64,000 nucleotides of DNA from a virus. Its lineage: Duplodnaviria; Caudoviricetes. The stretch lies in the IMG/VR virus record IMGVR_UViG_3300025030_000042. One strand, written 5' to 3'. The notes below the pieces were generated by a model, which saw only the letters and a list, made by a program, of their open reading frames with translations, searched no databases and was not told where the DNA came from. Below, piece after piece: positions 31,331-41,028 of the stretch (position 1 is its first letter; every line of letters begins with the position of its first letter). The position numbers were made by a program, and so were the translations under genes.

Positions 31331-32581
31331 TTATCCCAACAGTTTCCAAGTTCTTTTGATGGCGCCTCTCGTCGAAAAACTCCATTGAGGGCTCCAATCC
31401 GGCTTTATCATATATGGACGATTAACATATATTGTATCCTTATTTATATCAATCCCCCAACATCTTATTGATGTCTGTTTGGAGTTGCTATCAATAAGAT
31501 CGACAACATAATAATCTTTTCCTTTACCGGTTTTCTTTTGTATTACATTTCGTGGGATTGCCCACACACAATCGCAAAGTTCCGGATCATACTCGCTTAT
31601 CGGCGGTATACACATTTCTTCCAGTCTTCTCAACAACTTCTCTGACATTACCATATCGAACGGAAAAATGCCAGACAAAGTTGTGGCGTGCTCGATTTTT
31701 TGTTCCTCGGAGAAGTCCGGTTGACCACGATATTCCTCAATGTTTTCAAGGAGTTGTTTTTCGGTTTTAGGACGATTAAAAACAATAGAGCACCACATAT
31801 GTTTTGTATGCTCAAAACGATTGTCCATAATGGACTTTAATGATTCGGACTTCACAAGAACATCAAGAGATTTTTTGTTTAGTTTTTGATAGGAGATATT
31901 TTCATTAAACAGAAGTTCTTCAATGGTGTTGAATGGGCGATTGTTGATGATTTGTTCCATTGCTTTGTCACCCAAGCCTTTAAGTGATGTGAAAGGCTGG
32001 ACGAGCGTTTTATCGTCATTCGGATCAATCTCCCAGTTTGCGGTGGATTTATTAATATCGCAAGGAGAGATTGTAAAGTTTAAACTTTTCACAAGATTGA
32101 TGGCTTTTTCTTTTTTATCTTCTGATTCCGCGTCTAAATATGCCGAACTCCATTCAGCAGGGTAATAGTTAAGAAGATAAGCACAAGTATATGAAATGAT
32201 TGAATAAGAGATCGAATGCGAACGATTAAACGAATATTTTGAAAAGAAAATCATCTTTTGCCAAAGTTCTTCAGCATCAGAAAGTTTAATCTTTTTTTCC
32301 AAACACCCATCAATAAACTTCTGATATAATCTATTTTTAACCTCTTCTTCTTTTCCAGTACCCTTCTTTGTTAATACCTTACGAAGCAATTGTCCTTCGT
32401 CAAGCGAAATATCCTTGCCGAGTTTATGAGCAATTTCAGACAACTGTTCTTGAAAAATACAATTATGAACTAATATATTGTTGGCAAAAAAGTTATTATT
32501 TTTTTCTACCTCTATGTCATATACTTTTTTAGGAATTTCGTTCCTTGTAATAGATTTTATCTTTATTCTTTTGATTTCCAT
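31331..32581 (-). CDS. dnaE: DNA polymerase III alpha, C-terminal half, preceded by split-intein IntC (32462-32581)
   Basis: 40-aa IntC ending VYDIEVE..NNFFAN.ILVHN, then C+1 extein CIFQEQL, FNRSH and a C-terminal OB-like region. Confidence 0.93.
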   Translation of the reverse strand: MEIKRIKIKSITRNEIPKKVYDIEVEKNNNFFANNILVHNCIFQEQLSEIAHKLGKDISLDEGQLLRKVLTKKGTGKEEEVKNRLYQKFIDGCLEKKIKLSDAEELWQKMIFFSKYSFNRSHSISYSIISYTCAYLLNYYPAEWSSAYLDAESEDKKEKAINLVKSLNFTISPCDINKSTANWEIDPNDDKTLVQPFTSLKGLGDKAMEQIINNRPFNTIEELLFNENISYQKLNKKSLDVLVKSESLKSIMDNRFEHTKHMWCSIVFNRPKTEKQLLENIEEYRGQPDFSEEQKIEHATTLSGIFPFDMVMSEKLLRRLEEMCIPPISEYDPELCDCVWAIPRNVIQKKTGKGKDYYVVDLIDSNSKQTSIRCWGIDINKDTIYVNRPYMIKPDWSPQWSFSTRGAIKRTWKLLG

Positions 32582-33405
32582 TTTTCTATTTCTCCCTTTC
32601 TTAAATCTTCTAAAAATTCTGTTGATAAACTTCCATAAATTCTACAAATTTCATAATTATTTTTAATCGCTTTTTGTGTATAAAATTCATCAACATATTT
32701 TTGTTTTTTCATTCTTTGTGTTAAAACAAATTTATCTTCATTTCCGTGCCAATAATCACCATCATATTCTATAATAAGATGTTTGTTAATAATATAAAAA
32801 TCATATATATGATTAACATTATCAATTTTATACCCCGATATTATATCATCCTCACAAACATTTTTGAGTTTATCTTCAAAATCTATTTCTTCTTGAGATC
32901 TGTTAACATTTTTTTTCATATCGTGATAAATTAACATATGATGAGATAATCCAGATCTGTATTTAAAAATCTGATTACAAATTTTACAAATTATTTTTTT
33001 TTCTTTTCCGCAAGTTGCTTTGTGTGCTCGTAAAGAAGTGTTTGTAGAAAACTCTTTATTACAATTCTCACAATTAAAAACTCCAAATTGAATAATTTTA
33101 TCTCTAAATTTTGAAGCAGTTATTTTATCTTTCCACTCTTTAGATTGTTTTCTACCTTTATATCTTCTTTTTAATAGTTCATTTGAACATTTTTTACTAC
33201 AAGCAATATAACTCCTTACTCTACTCTCGGGAACTCGTTCTTTTTTTCCACACCTACGACAATAAACATCTACTCTGTTTTTTTCATATTTATTTTTTCT
33301 AAAAAGAGATAAACATTCCTTTGAACACGTTTTTGTTATTCTTTTTGATTGAACATTTTTAACAAATTCTTTCTCGCAAACCTCACAAACAAATTGTTTA
33401 TTCAT
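32563..33405 (-). mobile_element. Free-standing Vsr/DUF559-like homing endonuclease with multiple Zn fingers
   Basis: C-terminal YDFY...IIEYDGDYWHG; CxxC pairs and a C2H2-like CKIC...HMLIYH. Confidence 0.85.
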
Positions 33406-33437
33406 ATATCAAGATCCTCCTCTTGATATATAAGTAG
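33404..33437 (-). promoter_or_regulatory. Perfect 11-bp hairpin with the SD (GGAGGA) as loop and the start of the AUG in the stem; CTACTTA motif adjacent
   Basis: ATATATCAAGA-GGAGGA-TCTTGATATAT followed by G on the minus strand. Confidence 0.8.
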
Positions 33438-33446
33438 TTCAATTGT

Positions 33447-36065
33447 TTAATTAATTATTAAAATTTCATCTTCAATTGATAAATCTTTAACCATTTTTAA
33501 CCCATTTGAAGTATAAATTAAATGCTCTCCAGTTAATTCTATACATCCTTCTTCGGTTGAAATAGTAAAGGTTTCTTTATATCCCATAAATTTTCCATTT
33601 ATTATTTTATCTTCTTCGATATATTTTTTCGTTATATTATAAGAAGGTAATAAAACATCAAAAAGATTATTTTCTACTATATTTTCAATATTTATTTCTC
33701 CATCTTCTGTTAAAATTTTCACATCCCCCGCTAGACAATGACCAAAAGTGGATCCCAATATTTTTTCCAAAATCGGATGAATATATTTTATTGTATCTGG
33801 ATTTTCTTTTGAATTTAGATAAAGTTTATCAACGTTTGCCTGCAAAGTTCCAGGTCGCATGATACTTGTCACATCACTCAACTCATTTATTGAATATGGT
33901 TTAACTATTTTACAAAAGTTTTGAGCATTTTTTTCTGTAAACTGAAATATAGCAATCCAGTTTCCATTGTGAAAAGCATTTTCCCAAACATTTCTATCAT
34001 TTAGATTTAATTTATCTGGATGAAGATTTTCATTATAATACTTCCAAACATCTTGTATTTGAGGATCTGTATTATTATGATTTCGCTTTAAAATTATACG
34101 AATACATTGCTCAATAATCCGCAATGTTTTTAAACCAAGTAAATCAAATTTTAAAATTCCTCGGCGTTCCAAATGGCGAACTGCCTGCCCTTCCGTCCAC
34201 GGTGAGACGCACTTTCCTCCATTATTGATCAATGGCATCCATTTATTTAAATCTTCTCCAATACAAGTTCCTCCTGCGTGAACACCATGAGAACGAACCT
34301 GACCTTGAAGTGCTTCTACTCGTTTTTTAACTTCTGGATATTGTTCAAAAAACCCACGAAGCGTTTTACTGTATCTACAATATTCCTCAAAAGTTGGAAC
34401 ATAAACGCCAGCAGATTGATCGTGTTCTTTTTTCGCTAATGGTATTGCTTCGCTATCCATTTTACTCGTTACATAGTTCACTTCGCCAAATGGAATATCA
34501 TAATATTTACTAATATCTTTGATAAGCGATTTTAACTGAAGAGTATTAAAGTTTGAAATAAGAACAACGGAGTTTTCTCCCCATTCTTTAATCAAGTGTT
34601 CTTTTAGTTTTACTGGCTCGGAAAAATCTACGTCCAGATCAGGGAAGTCCACAGCATCTCTACGTAAAAAGCGTGAAAACTGAAGATTGTATTTAATCGG
34701 ATCGATTTGTGTTATATCTAATACATATGCCAATAAAGTTCCCGCCCCAGAACCTCTTGCTGGTCCAATCAAACAAATCTTTCTCGCCTCCTCCACAATC
34801 GCCTTCATTGTTACAAAGTATTTTGAAAACCCTCGATCCTTTATGACATATAACTCTTCCTTCAATCTCTCAACATATTCTTTTTTCTTGTTTAACCCCT
34901 TTTTCTTCAATCCCTCGATCGCCAACTTCGCCAAATAACCGTTTTCATCTTCTCCACTTAGAACGACAAAGTTCGGCAACCTCACCTTGTTATCCGGTTC
35001 AAACTCTTCAACGAGAACGAAAGCAATATCGTGTGTTCTCTCCAATGTCTCCCGAATGAAATCATCATCATAAGAATATCCACACATCTTGGAATATTTC
35101 TTATAATCTGACCATAATTGGTCGCCGTTTTTCGGATACAAAGTATATCCGATTTCCTCAAGATTTTCGGGTATTTCGTCGCTCAGCCAAGAGGGTTTTT
35201 CGCGATTTGATTTTCCAAGCCATCCGAGGCGCTTATAAAGTTCTCGATCCCGCCAGGCATCTGGTCTTGGATAATGCGCATCAACACAAGAAATAACTTT
35301 AAAATCATATTCTTTTGATAACTCAATAACGAGCGTATTTAATCTGTGTTGTTCTGGAATATTATTCCATTGTAACTCGCCGAAAAAATGTTCATTACCA
35401 AATATGGAAAGCATTTTTTCTATCGGAGTTCTCATAAGTTCATAGAGTTCCGAATGGGTTTTTTCTTTATTTTGCCAGATGACTTGTGCCAAAATTCCGC
35501 CAATACACCCACTTGTAGTTATTAAACCTTCACTGTAGGTTTTAAGATTTTCATAATCAATTCTGGGATATCTATAGAAGTTATCTCCTCTGTATGAAAG
35601 AGAAATAAGCTGGAATAGATTGTTTAGTCCCGTTTGATTTTTTACTAAAGTGGTTAAATGTCCTCTTCTGTTTATTTTATTTTTATGGTATCGGCGTAAA
35701 TCTTCTTCATCTTCAAGAGAGATGGCGGAATGTTCTTCGTCTTTGTCGTTTTTCTTTTCTTTCTTATCCGCTTTATATCTCTCGTATTCAACCTTCCATT
35801 CTTCAACGGAATCAATGAAATAAAGTTCACTTCCAAAAACTTGACGAAGATACTTTCCCTCTTTTTTCAGTTTTTCATATGCTTCAAGTTGATATGTAAA
35901 ACCATTCATATTACCGTGATCGGTCAGACAAAAAGCATCCAGACCGTTTTCCCAACAATAACGCATATGTTCTTCTGGATGACCCAAGGCATCGAACGGA
36001 GAGCCAATATCGCTGTGATGATGAAGATTTACGAACTTTATTGATGGTTTTTGTCGTTCGGACAT
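33447..36065 (-). CDS. dnaE: DNA polymerase III alpha, N-terminal half, ending in split-intein IntN (33447-33737)
   Basis: PHP FVNLHHHS, GPARGSGAG, DFPDLDVDF, KFDLLGL; 96-aa IntN CLAGDVKILT...IELTGEHLIYT. Confidence 0.93.
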   Translation of the reverse strand: MSERQKPSIKFVNLHHHSDIGSPFDALGHPEEHMRYCWENGLDAFCLTDHGNMNGFTYQLEAYEKLKKEGKYLRQVFGSELYFIDSVEEWKVEYERYKADKKEKKNDKDEEHSAISLEDEEDLRRYHKNKINRRGHLTTLVKNQTGLNNLFQLISLSYRGDNFYRYPRIDYENLKTYSEGLITTSGCIGGILAQVIWQNKEKTHSELYELMRTPIEKMLSIFGNEHFFGELQWNNIPEQHRLNTLVIELSKEYDFKVISCVDAHYPRPDAWRDRELYKRLGWLGKSNREKPSWLSDEIPENLEEIGYTLYPKNGDQLWSDYKKYSKMCGYSYDDDFIRETLERTHDIAFVLVEEFEPDNKVRLPNFVVLSGEDENGYLAKLAIEGLKKKGLNKKKEYVERLKEELYVIKDRGFSKYFVTMKAIVEEARKICLIGPARGSGAGTLLAYVLDITQIDPIKYNLQFSRFLRRDAVDFPDLDVDFSEPVKLKEHLIKEWGENSVVLISNFNTLQLKSLIKDISKYYDIPFGEVNYVTSKMDSEAIPLAKKEHDQSAGVYVPTFEEYCRYSKTLRGFFEQYPEVKKRVEALQGQVRSHGVHAGGTCIGEDLNKWMPLINNGGKCVSPWTEGQAVRHLERRGILKFDLLGLKTLRIIEQCIRIILKRNHNNTDPQIQDVWKYYNENLHPDKLNLNDRNVWENAFHNGNWIAIFQFTEKNAQNFCKIVKPYSINELSDVTSIMRPGTLQANVDKLYLNSKENPDTIKYIHPILEKILGSTFGHCLAGDVKILTEDGEINIENIVENNLFDVLLPSYNITKKYIEEDKIINGKFMGYKETFTISTEEGCIELTGEHLIYTSNGLKMVKDLSIEDEILIIN

Positions 36066-36256
36066 ATAACATACCTTTCTAATGCTGACACATAATATTT
36101 TGTGAAACCATTAGGATCTTTAAACCAATAAACACTATAAAGATCACTTAAATACTTCCGTTCTATTTTAATAATAACTCCAAGGCTTACTTCTCGTAGA
36201 TAGTTGATATGTTTTACAAGATCGCCAACCACAAGTTTATTCTGATTTATCTTCAT
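36038..36256 (-). CDS. KxGDLV-family ORF
   Basis: LVVGDLV...LGVII...YSVYWFK. Confidence 0.6.
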   Translation of the reverse strand: MKINQNKLVVGDLVKHINYLREVSLGVIIKIERKYLSDLYSVYWFKDPNGFTKYYVSALERYVICPNDKNHQ

Positions 36257-37250
36257 TCTTATTGATCCTGTAAATCGGATTCAATTTTCTTCTAATTGGA
36301 TTATATTTCCATTTGGTTTTATCACGATGATGCCGTTTACTCTCTATCGGCAGCAAAATAGGCTCACTTCTAATCATTTCTCTTTTCTCTTTTGATTCCA
36401 TATACTTACAATAGGTTTCCCAACTGTCAATGGTATAATACCACGGAATCTCTATTCGCACAATGTTTTCTTCGTCTTCAAACTGGAAAACATCATCCAG
36501 AGTATAAACATCTTTAACCACATATTTATCTGCCGATCTATGAATGGTAAAAACTTCGTGGACAACAGAACGATTTTTAACTTCTATTATATTGTTTGAA
36601 TATGTTTTCCGCGAAGCATTTAAAAGCTTTTTCTTTATTCTGACAACATCTTTGTATAGAATAATAAAACCCGTATAAAGTCCTTGTTCAACGGTTTGTC
36701 CCTTGTATGATAACAAAACCGTCTTATTATTTTTCATAACATTTCTACTGGAAAAATCAATCGTCTCTGAAGAATATACACCATAAGGAAATGAAACATA
36801 AAATCGTGTTGGAGATATCCACTTTGTTATATTACGACTAATGTTGTGGGCAACCGTTGCTCCATAAATAACACTCCAAGCAAAACTATTCATTGTTTTG
36901 TGTTGAAGAGTCTTTATTGGAATATAAAAGATCGGTATTTTTCTCTCATACTTTGCCGCCATTCTTATAGAAATGAACTTTCCCTTTTCTATTGACTCCG
37001 GATCTTTTAGCCATTCACCGATTCTGTATTTTAATAAAGGTTGAATGTCATCATTACAAATGATCCAAATCGTTTTACAACCAGCGCGAGCAAGTTCCAT
37101 CAGACATTTTTCAATGGCAACCAAATCTCTGCCAATCGGCATCATACATTCGGGCCACTCAAACCCAAAATCAAGCGCACCTCCAGCAACCGGAATGATC
37201 CCCGCCAAGTGATCGTGCGATGATCTTGCGCGTATTCTTTCTTCAGACAT
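36237..37250 (-). CDS. Sugar-phosphate nucleotidyltransferase-like protein (degenerate)
   Basis: AGIIPVAG...PECMMPIG...CKTIWIIC pattern; lacks GxGTR and the PK lysine. Confidence 0.55.
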   Translation of the reverse strand: MSEERIRARSSHDHLAGIIPVAGGALDFGFEWPECMMPIGRDLVAIEKCLMELARAGCKTIWIICNDDIQPLLKYRIGEWLKDPESIEKGKFISIRMAAKYERKIPIFYIPIKTLQHKTMNSFAWSVIYGATVAHNISRNITKWISPTRFYVSFPYGVYSSETIDFSSRNVMKNNKTVLLSYKGQTVEQGLYTGFIILYKDVVRIKKKLLNASRKTYSNNIIEVKNRSVVHEVFTIHRSADKYVVKDVYTLDDVFQFEDEENIVRIEIPWYYTIDSWETYCKYMESKEKREMIRSEPILLPIESKRHHRDKTKWKYNPIRRKLNPIYRINKNEDKSE

Positions 37251-38227
37251 TATTCTGTATATCCAAATCCAGATAAATAATCTTTGCTCATTTCTTCAGA
37301 AGAGATGTATTTACTCACTATTCTATTATACAAATAAGAATCCAACACTCTGACTTGTTCTTGATTTAATAAATCTTCTTCAGTTATATTCATTTGTGTT
37401 ATATTTGAATCCTTGTTAAAAGCATATTGATTTTTATCGATCGGTTGAACAATACGAAACTTGTGTTCAAGCTTTATTTTTCTTGCTATTTTTTTAATCT
37501 CTATAGCAGTATTCCTATTTATAAAATCCTGGGCATATAGTTTAATCGTGAAATGTGTATAATCACCTTGCTCGTTTTCATATTCTTCTACAGTTGGCAA
37601 AGAAATACAAATGATTTGTTTTGTACCAAAAGTATTATCTGCTCTGACTCTACAATAGAAATATATTTTATTTAATGTCTTTTCCGGCTCATTGTCACAA
37701 AAATCAAATGAAGTTCTTATAATATTAAAACCTCGTTTTATATACTTTACTGTATCAAACCAATCAATACATCTTAAACTATTGTATCTTTTCTCTGGAA
37801 CGGGAAGGTTTATTATTTTGTCGTCATCAAAAAGAAATAGGTTATCGTAAGTAATACGAAATATTCTATGTTTATTAGTTGTGATTTTTAATGTATTATT
37901 ATCTTCCAGTTCTATTTGATTGATATATTGCGGAACCATTTTTATCATTCCGCTTATTGAAAGTGTAAATATGATTCTTTCATAAACTTCAAGTTTACTA
38001 ATCCCAAACTCTACTTCCTCGCCGTTCATATTTTTTAATATGTGTTTTTTATTACGAATATTTACATTTTTAGTTAAAACGCTTTTATCAAAGAAATCAA
38101 ATAGTTGTGGCGGATTATAGTTTGATAAGAGCAATGGAACATTATTCAAGTATGAATAAATAACCGCACTCAACGAAGAACCGATGACCAAATATTCATA
38201 ATGATATTGATGTTTCATAAGGGACAT
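37250..38227 (-). CDS. Rossmann/FAD-oxidoreductase-like hypothetical protein
   Basis: YEYLVIGSSLSA resembles a degenerate GxGxxG start. Confidence 0.4.
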   Translation of the reverse strand: MSLMKHQYHYEYLVIGSSLSAVIYSYLNNVPLLLSNYNPPQLFDFFDKSVLTKNVNIRNKKHILKNMNGEEVEFGISKLEVYERIIFTLSISGMIKMVPQYINQIELEDNNTLKITTNKHRIFRITYDNLFLFDDDKIINLPVPEKRYNSLRCIDWFDTVKYIKRGFNIIRTSFDFCDNEPEKTLNKIYFYCRVRADNTFGTKQIICISLPTVEEYENEQGDYTHFTIKLYAQDFINRNTAIEIKKIARKIKLEHKFRIVQPIDKNQYAFNKDSNITQMNITEEDLLNQEQVRVLDSYLYNRIVSKYISSEEMSKDYLSGFGYTE

Positions 38228-38913
38228 TATTTACTACATTCAAGCATTTTTTCTAATGACACTGGTGCTATTTCTTTTACCAGTGTTTTTAAAGCAACAG
38301 CATATTCTTTGATTTCCCACTGTGCGTGTTTATCGTCCCGTAAAACAATAAAGTTTTGAACAGCTTGTAGTGAAGCTGTCCAATAAAACTCCGTATAAAA
38401 AGAAATAGGAATGACTCCTCGCGCTATTTCCTTGGCAACTCCCAAAGAAATAAGTTTTCTATATGATTCATAAGATTTATTTAAGGATTTTTCATATACA
38501 CTTTGTGCTTTTTCTGTATCATATATTTCTTCATTTAGAGACGCCTGTTTATTGTTTAAACTTTGTTTTCTCCAAAATGAAGGAACATAAAACTCATCTT
38601 CAAGAACAACATATCTTCCAGATATTTCATTCCAAGCGGTATCCTTAAAAGTATAATCAGATCCAACGATGTGTTTATACCATTGTCTCGCAACAAACTC
38701 GGGACATTTAATATGAAACTGAAATACAGTATGTCTAAATGGACTAAAATGTCTTTCTTTTGCGAGAAACTCTACAAGATTTTCATCTTTCTTGCTTAAA
38801 GTTTTTTTTCGTTTTCCAAACGAAACACGAGCAGAGTTAACAGTGGTTAAATCTCCTCCAAGTTTATCTACAAGTTCAACAAATCCTTTATCTAAAACAT
38901 CTATTTTCATCAA
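38227..38913 (-). CDS. thyX: Flavin-dependent thymidylate synthase
   Basis: VNSARVSF, RHFSPF, FVARQWYKH, NEISGRY, HAQWEI. Confidence 0.92.
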   Translation of the reverse strand: MMKIDVLDKGFVELVDKLGGDLTTVNSARVSFGKRKKTLSKKDENLVEFLAKERHFSPFRHTVFQFHIKCPEFVARQWYKHIVGSDYTFKDTAWNEISGRYVVLEDEFYVPSFWRKQSLNNKQASLNEEIYDTEKAQSVYEKSLNKSYESYRKLISLGVAKEIARGVIPISFYTEFYWTASLQAVQNFIVLRDDKHAQWEIKEYAVALKTLVKEIAPVSLEKMLECSK

Positions 38914-39332
38914 TATTCCTTTATAATAATGTTTGTTTTATGATCAATAAAGTTCTTATTTAACCACTTAGCATCATCAATCAAAACACGGACGCATCCG
39001 TGAGATTCGTGTTTTCTAATAATCCTTTTTGTTCCGTGAATGCCAAGTCCTTGTGATGATAACTTCATATAATAATACATTCGGGAACCACAAGATTTCT
39101 TGTTTTTACATTCCACTGGAAACAAATCCGATCTTCTATTATATCCATATTTTCTAATCAGTTTATAAGATCCCGATTTTGTCTTACAGGATAAGCGACG
39201 ATTTTCTTTACATTTATTTCTGCCGCCAACCGATATTCCTCTTTTGATAATCTGTCCGTTATTGATTGCCCGCCATTCAAAGTTCTTAAGATCAACTACG
39301 ATCAGTTTGGCAAACAAAATCGTTGTTAGCAT
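38910..39332 (-). CDS. L,D-transpeptidase (YkuD) catalytic domain protein
   Basis: GIHG...ESHGCVRV. Confidence 0.85.
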   Translation of the reverse strand: MLTTILFAKLIVVDLKNFEWRAINNGQIIKRGISVGGRNKCKENRRLSCKTKSGSYKLIRKYGYNRRSDLFPVECKNKKSCGSRMYYYMKLSSQGLGIHGTKRIIRKHESHGCVRVLIDDAKWLNKNFIDHKTNIIIKEY

Positions 39333-39334
39333 TT

Positions 39335-39640
39335 TTAACTTTCTTTATCAAAAAGATAAAATTTTGCATTTAAACGAGATCCCGTAAAATCATAGTGATT
39401 TATTTTTCCCACAGAAGGACTATCTTTCCTTGTTGAAGAAATCATATATACACTCCAAAGAGGATATTCGATAGATTTAGTAGTTTTTTTTACAACTAAT
39501 CCAATCCATTCGCCATCATTTAATGAACTTATATGTGTATATGTCATTTTCCATTTAAATAAATCCCCAACCTTCAAAGAAGAAGGTTCAATTTCTTTCA
39601 TTCTACGACTCCGATTACATAATTTTCCGGAATTACACAA
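39335..39640 (-). CDS. KxGDL-family ORF
   Basis: LKVGDLF...IGLVV...WSVY. Confidence 0.55.
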   Translation of the reverse strand: MCNSGKLCNRSRRMKEIEPSSLKVGDLFKWKMTYTHISSLNDGEWIGLVVKKTTKSIEYPLWSVYMISSTRKDSPSVGKINHYDFTGSRLNAKFYLFDKES

Positions 39641-39894
39641 AAAAGATAATCTCCTACAATAACTTCTTCAATACCGATCGTTTGAACAACAATCTTTTCT
39701 CCCTCTTTCAGATCCAAACCAGTGTTTAGAGAAACACCTCTTACAAAACAAAGAGTTGTTTTATCAATGGCGAGTTGAGGTTTTTCATTGGCATACTCAA
39801 AATCAAAACCCATAAGATCGCCACTTTTAATCTTTTTTGTTTCTTTCAAAATCTTTTCAATCAAAACATATCTATTGACTGGTCGGAAGTTCAT
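39598..39894 (-). CDS. groES: Co-chaperonin GroES-like protein
   Basis: MNFRPVNRYVLIE...LKEGEKIV...E..VIGVVE. Confidence 0.7.
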   Translation of the reverse strand: MNFRPVNRYVLIEKILKETKKIKSGDLMGFDFEYANEKPQLAIDKTTLCFVRGVSLNTGLDLKEGEKIVVQTIGIEEVIVGDYLFCVIPENYVIGVVE

Positions 39895-39895
39895 C

Positions 39896-40407
39896 TTATT
39901 TAACCCTCTTTCCGCAACAACATTCGCCACAATTACAACCCACATCTTCTGTAGAAGAGATTACTTCGGAAAATGCTTTACGATACTTTCTTGATTCTTC
40001 CGCAAGTCCTTGAAGATCCTCGTCTTTTAGTTTTGGTGGTGGCGGTAGAGAACCAGAGATTTCGGTTTGAACATCATCTTGTTTACTTCCAAACATTCTT
40101 TCCCAATTTTTTTGATAAAGTTTACTACCATAAAACTCTGTAAATGATTTATTCGAGTATTTCATTTATTATAACCCTCGATCGTCAATAGGTGTTCAAA
40201 CTTCTTAAACTCATCCAAAAAAAAGATATTCCACAATCTCTTTTGACATCTGGCACAATAAAAACCAACTGATACATTGTTTCCGATCGATGATTCAATA
40301 CCGCCAGTCAACAAGAAAATATGATTTTGTTTGCCCGAATCAGATTCAGGACAATATTCCCGTTGTAAGTGTTTAGGCAATAAATGATTTAGTTTCGTTT
40401 GTTTCAT
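39896..40407 (-). CDS. Two hypothetical ORFs (39896-40165, 40162-40407)
   Basis: Packed co-oriented ORFs with Cys clusters. Confidence 0.55.
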
Positions 40408-40422
40408 ACAGATAACCCGTCT

Positions 40423-40716
40423 TTACGCAACCATATTCACTTTTTCTTTTACGAGTTCTTCGATCTCTTCGATCGTTTGTTCAGAAGCGTTTTCTTGATC
40501 TAGAGATAACTTCAATTTTACGAGACGAATAACCTTTCCGAGCAACTTATGATTAATACGATCCGCAAACTCTTCTTTGAGTTGCTTTGTATCTTCCTTG
40601 AGAACATTTGCTTCGCGTTGGATTTCAAAAAATCGCTTTACAAACTCTTCTACTGCTTGTTGATCGTAAGGAATGTCCTTCTTGGGACGACCACGACCGC
40701 GTTTTTGTTCTTCCAT
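40423..40716 (-). CDS. dsDNA-binding protein (AT-hook plus GapR/DsbA-like helical domain)
   Basis: KRGRGRPKK followed by a coiled-coil EEFVKRF..I..E...LKED. Confidence 0.55.
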   Translation of the reverse strand: MEEQKRGRGRPKKDIPYDQQAVEEFVKRFFEIQREANVLKEDTKQLKEEFADRINHKLLGKVIRLVKLKLSLDQENASEQTIEEIEELVKEKVNMVA

Positions 40717-40717
40717 T

Positions 40718-40975
40718 TTATGCTCCTTGTTTTACGAATTTGTAAAATCTAAATTCAGCATTACCATTATATTCCGAATACATTTCTTTACACATTATTG
40801 GACCTTGATCATATAAAAAATGTAAATATCTGAAATCATCGATATCTTTTTCAATAACGATTGACCACCAAAACCAATCATCGTGTTTTGAAGAAATCAC
40901 ATAGATCATATCGCCGATTTCCACATCATCGGCGGAAGACACGAGCAACCACTTGCCGGGTGGCAGTTTCACCAT
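40718..40975 (-). CDS. Hypothetical protein, KxGD-like
   Basis: VEIGDMIY; downstream of promoter 40982-41010. Confidence 0.5.
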   Translation of the reverse strand: MVKLPPGKWLLVSSADDVEIGDMIYVISSKHDDWFWWSIVIEKDIDDFRYLHFLYDQGPIMCKEMYSEYNGNAEFRFYKFVKQGA

Positions 40976-40981
40976 ATTTAG

Positions 40982-41010
40982 AGAATAGCAGAGAGAGGTG
41001 GTGGTGTCAA
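40982..41010 (-). promoter_or_regulatory. Sigma70-type promoter
   Basis: TTGACA-17-TATTCT with extended -10 TG. Confidence 0.65.
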
Positions 41011-41028
41011 GAAGAAAAAACTAAAGGG

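Noticed and set aside
31331-36065. dnaE as a pseudogene or group I intron-split gene
   Set aside because: Both halves carry complementary intein blocks at the junction and I saw no group I intron core; trans-splicing explains the layout.
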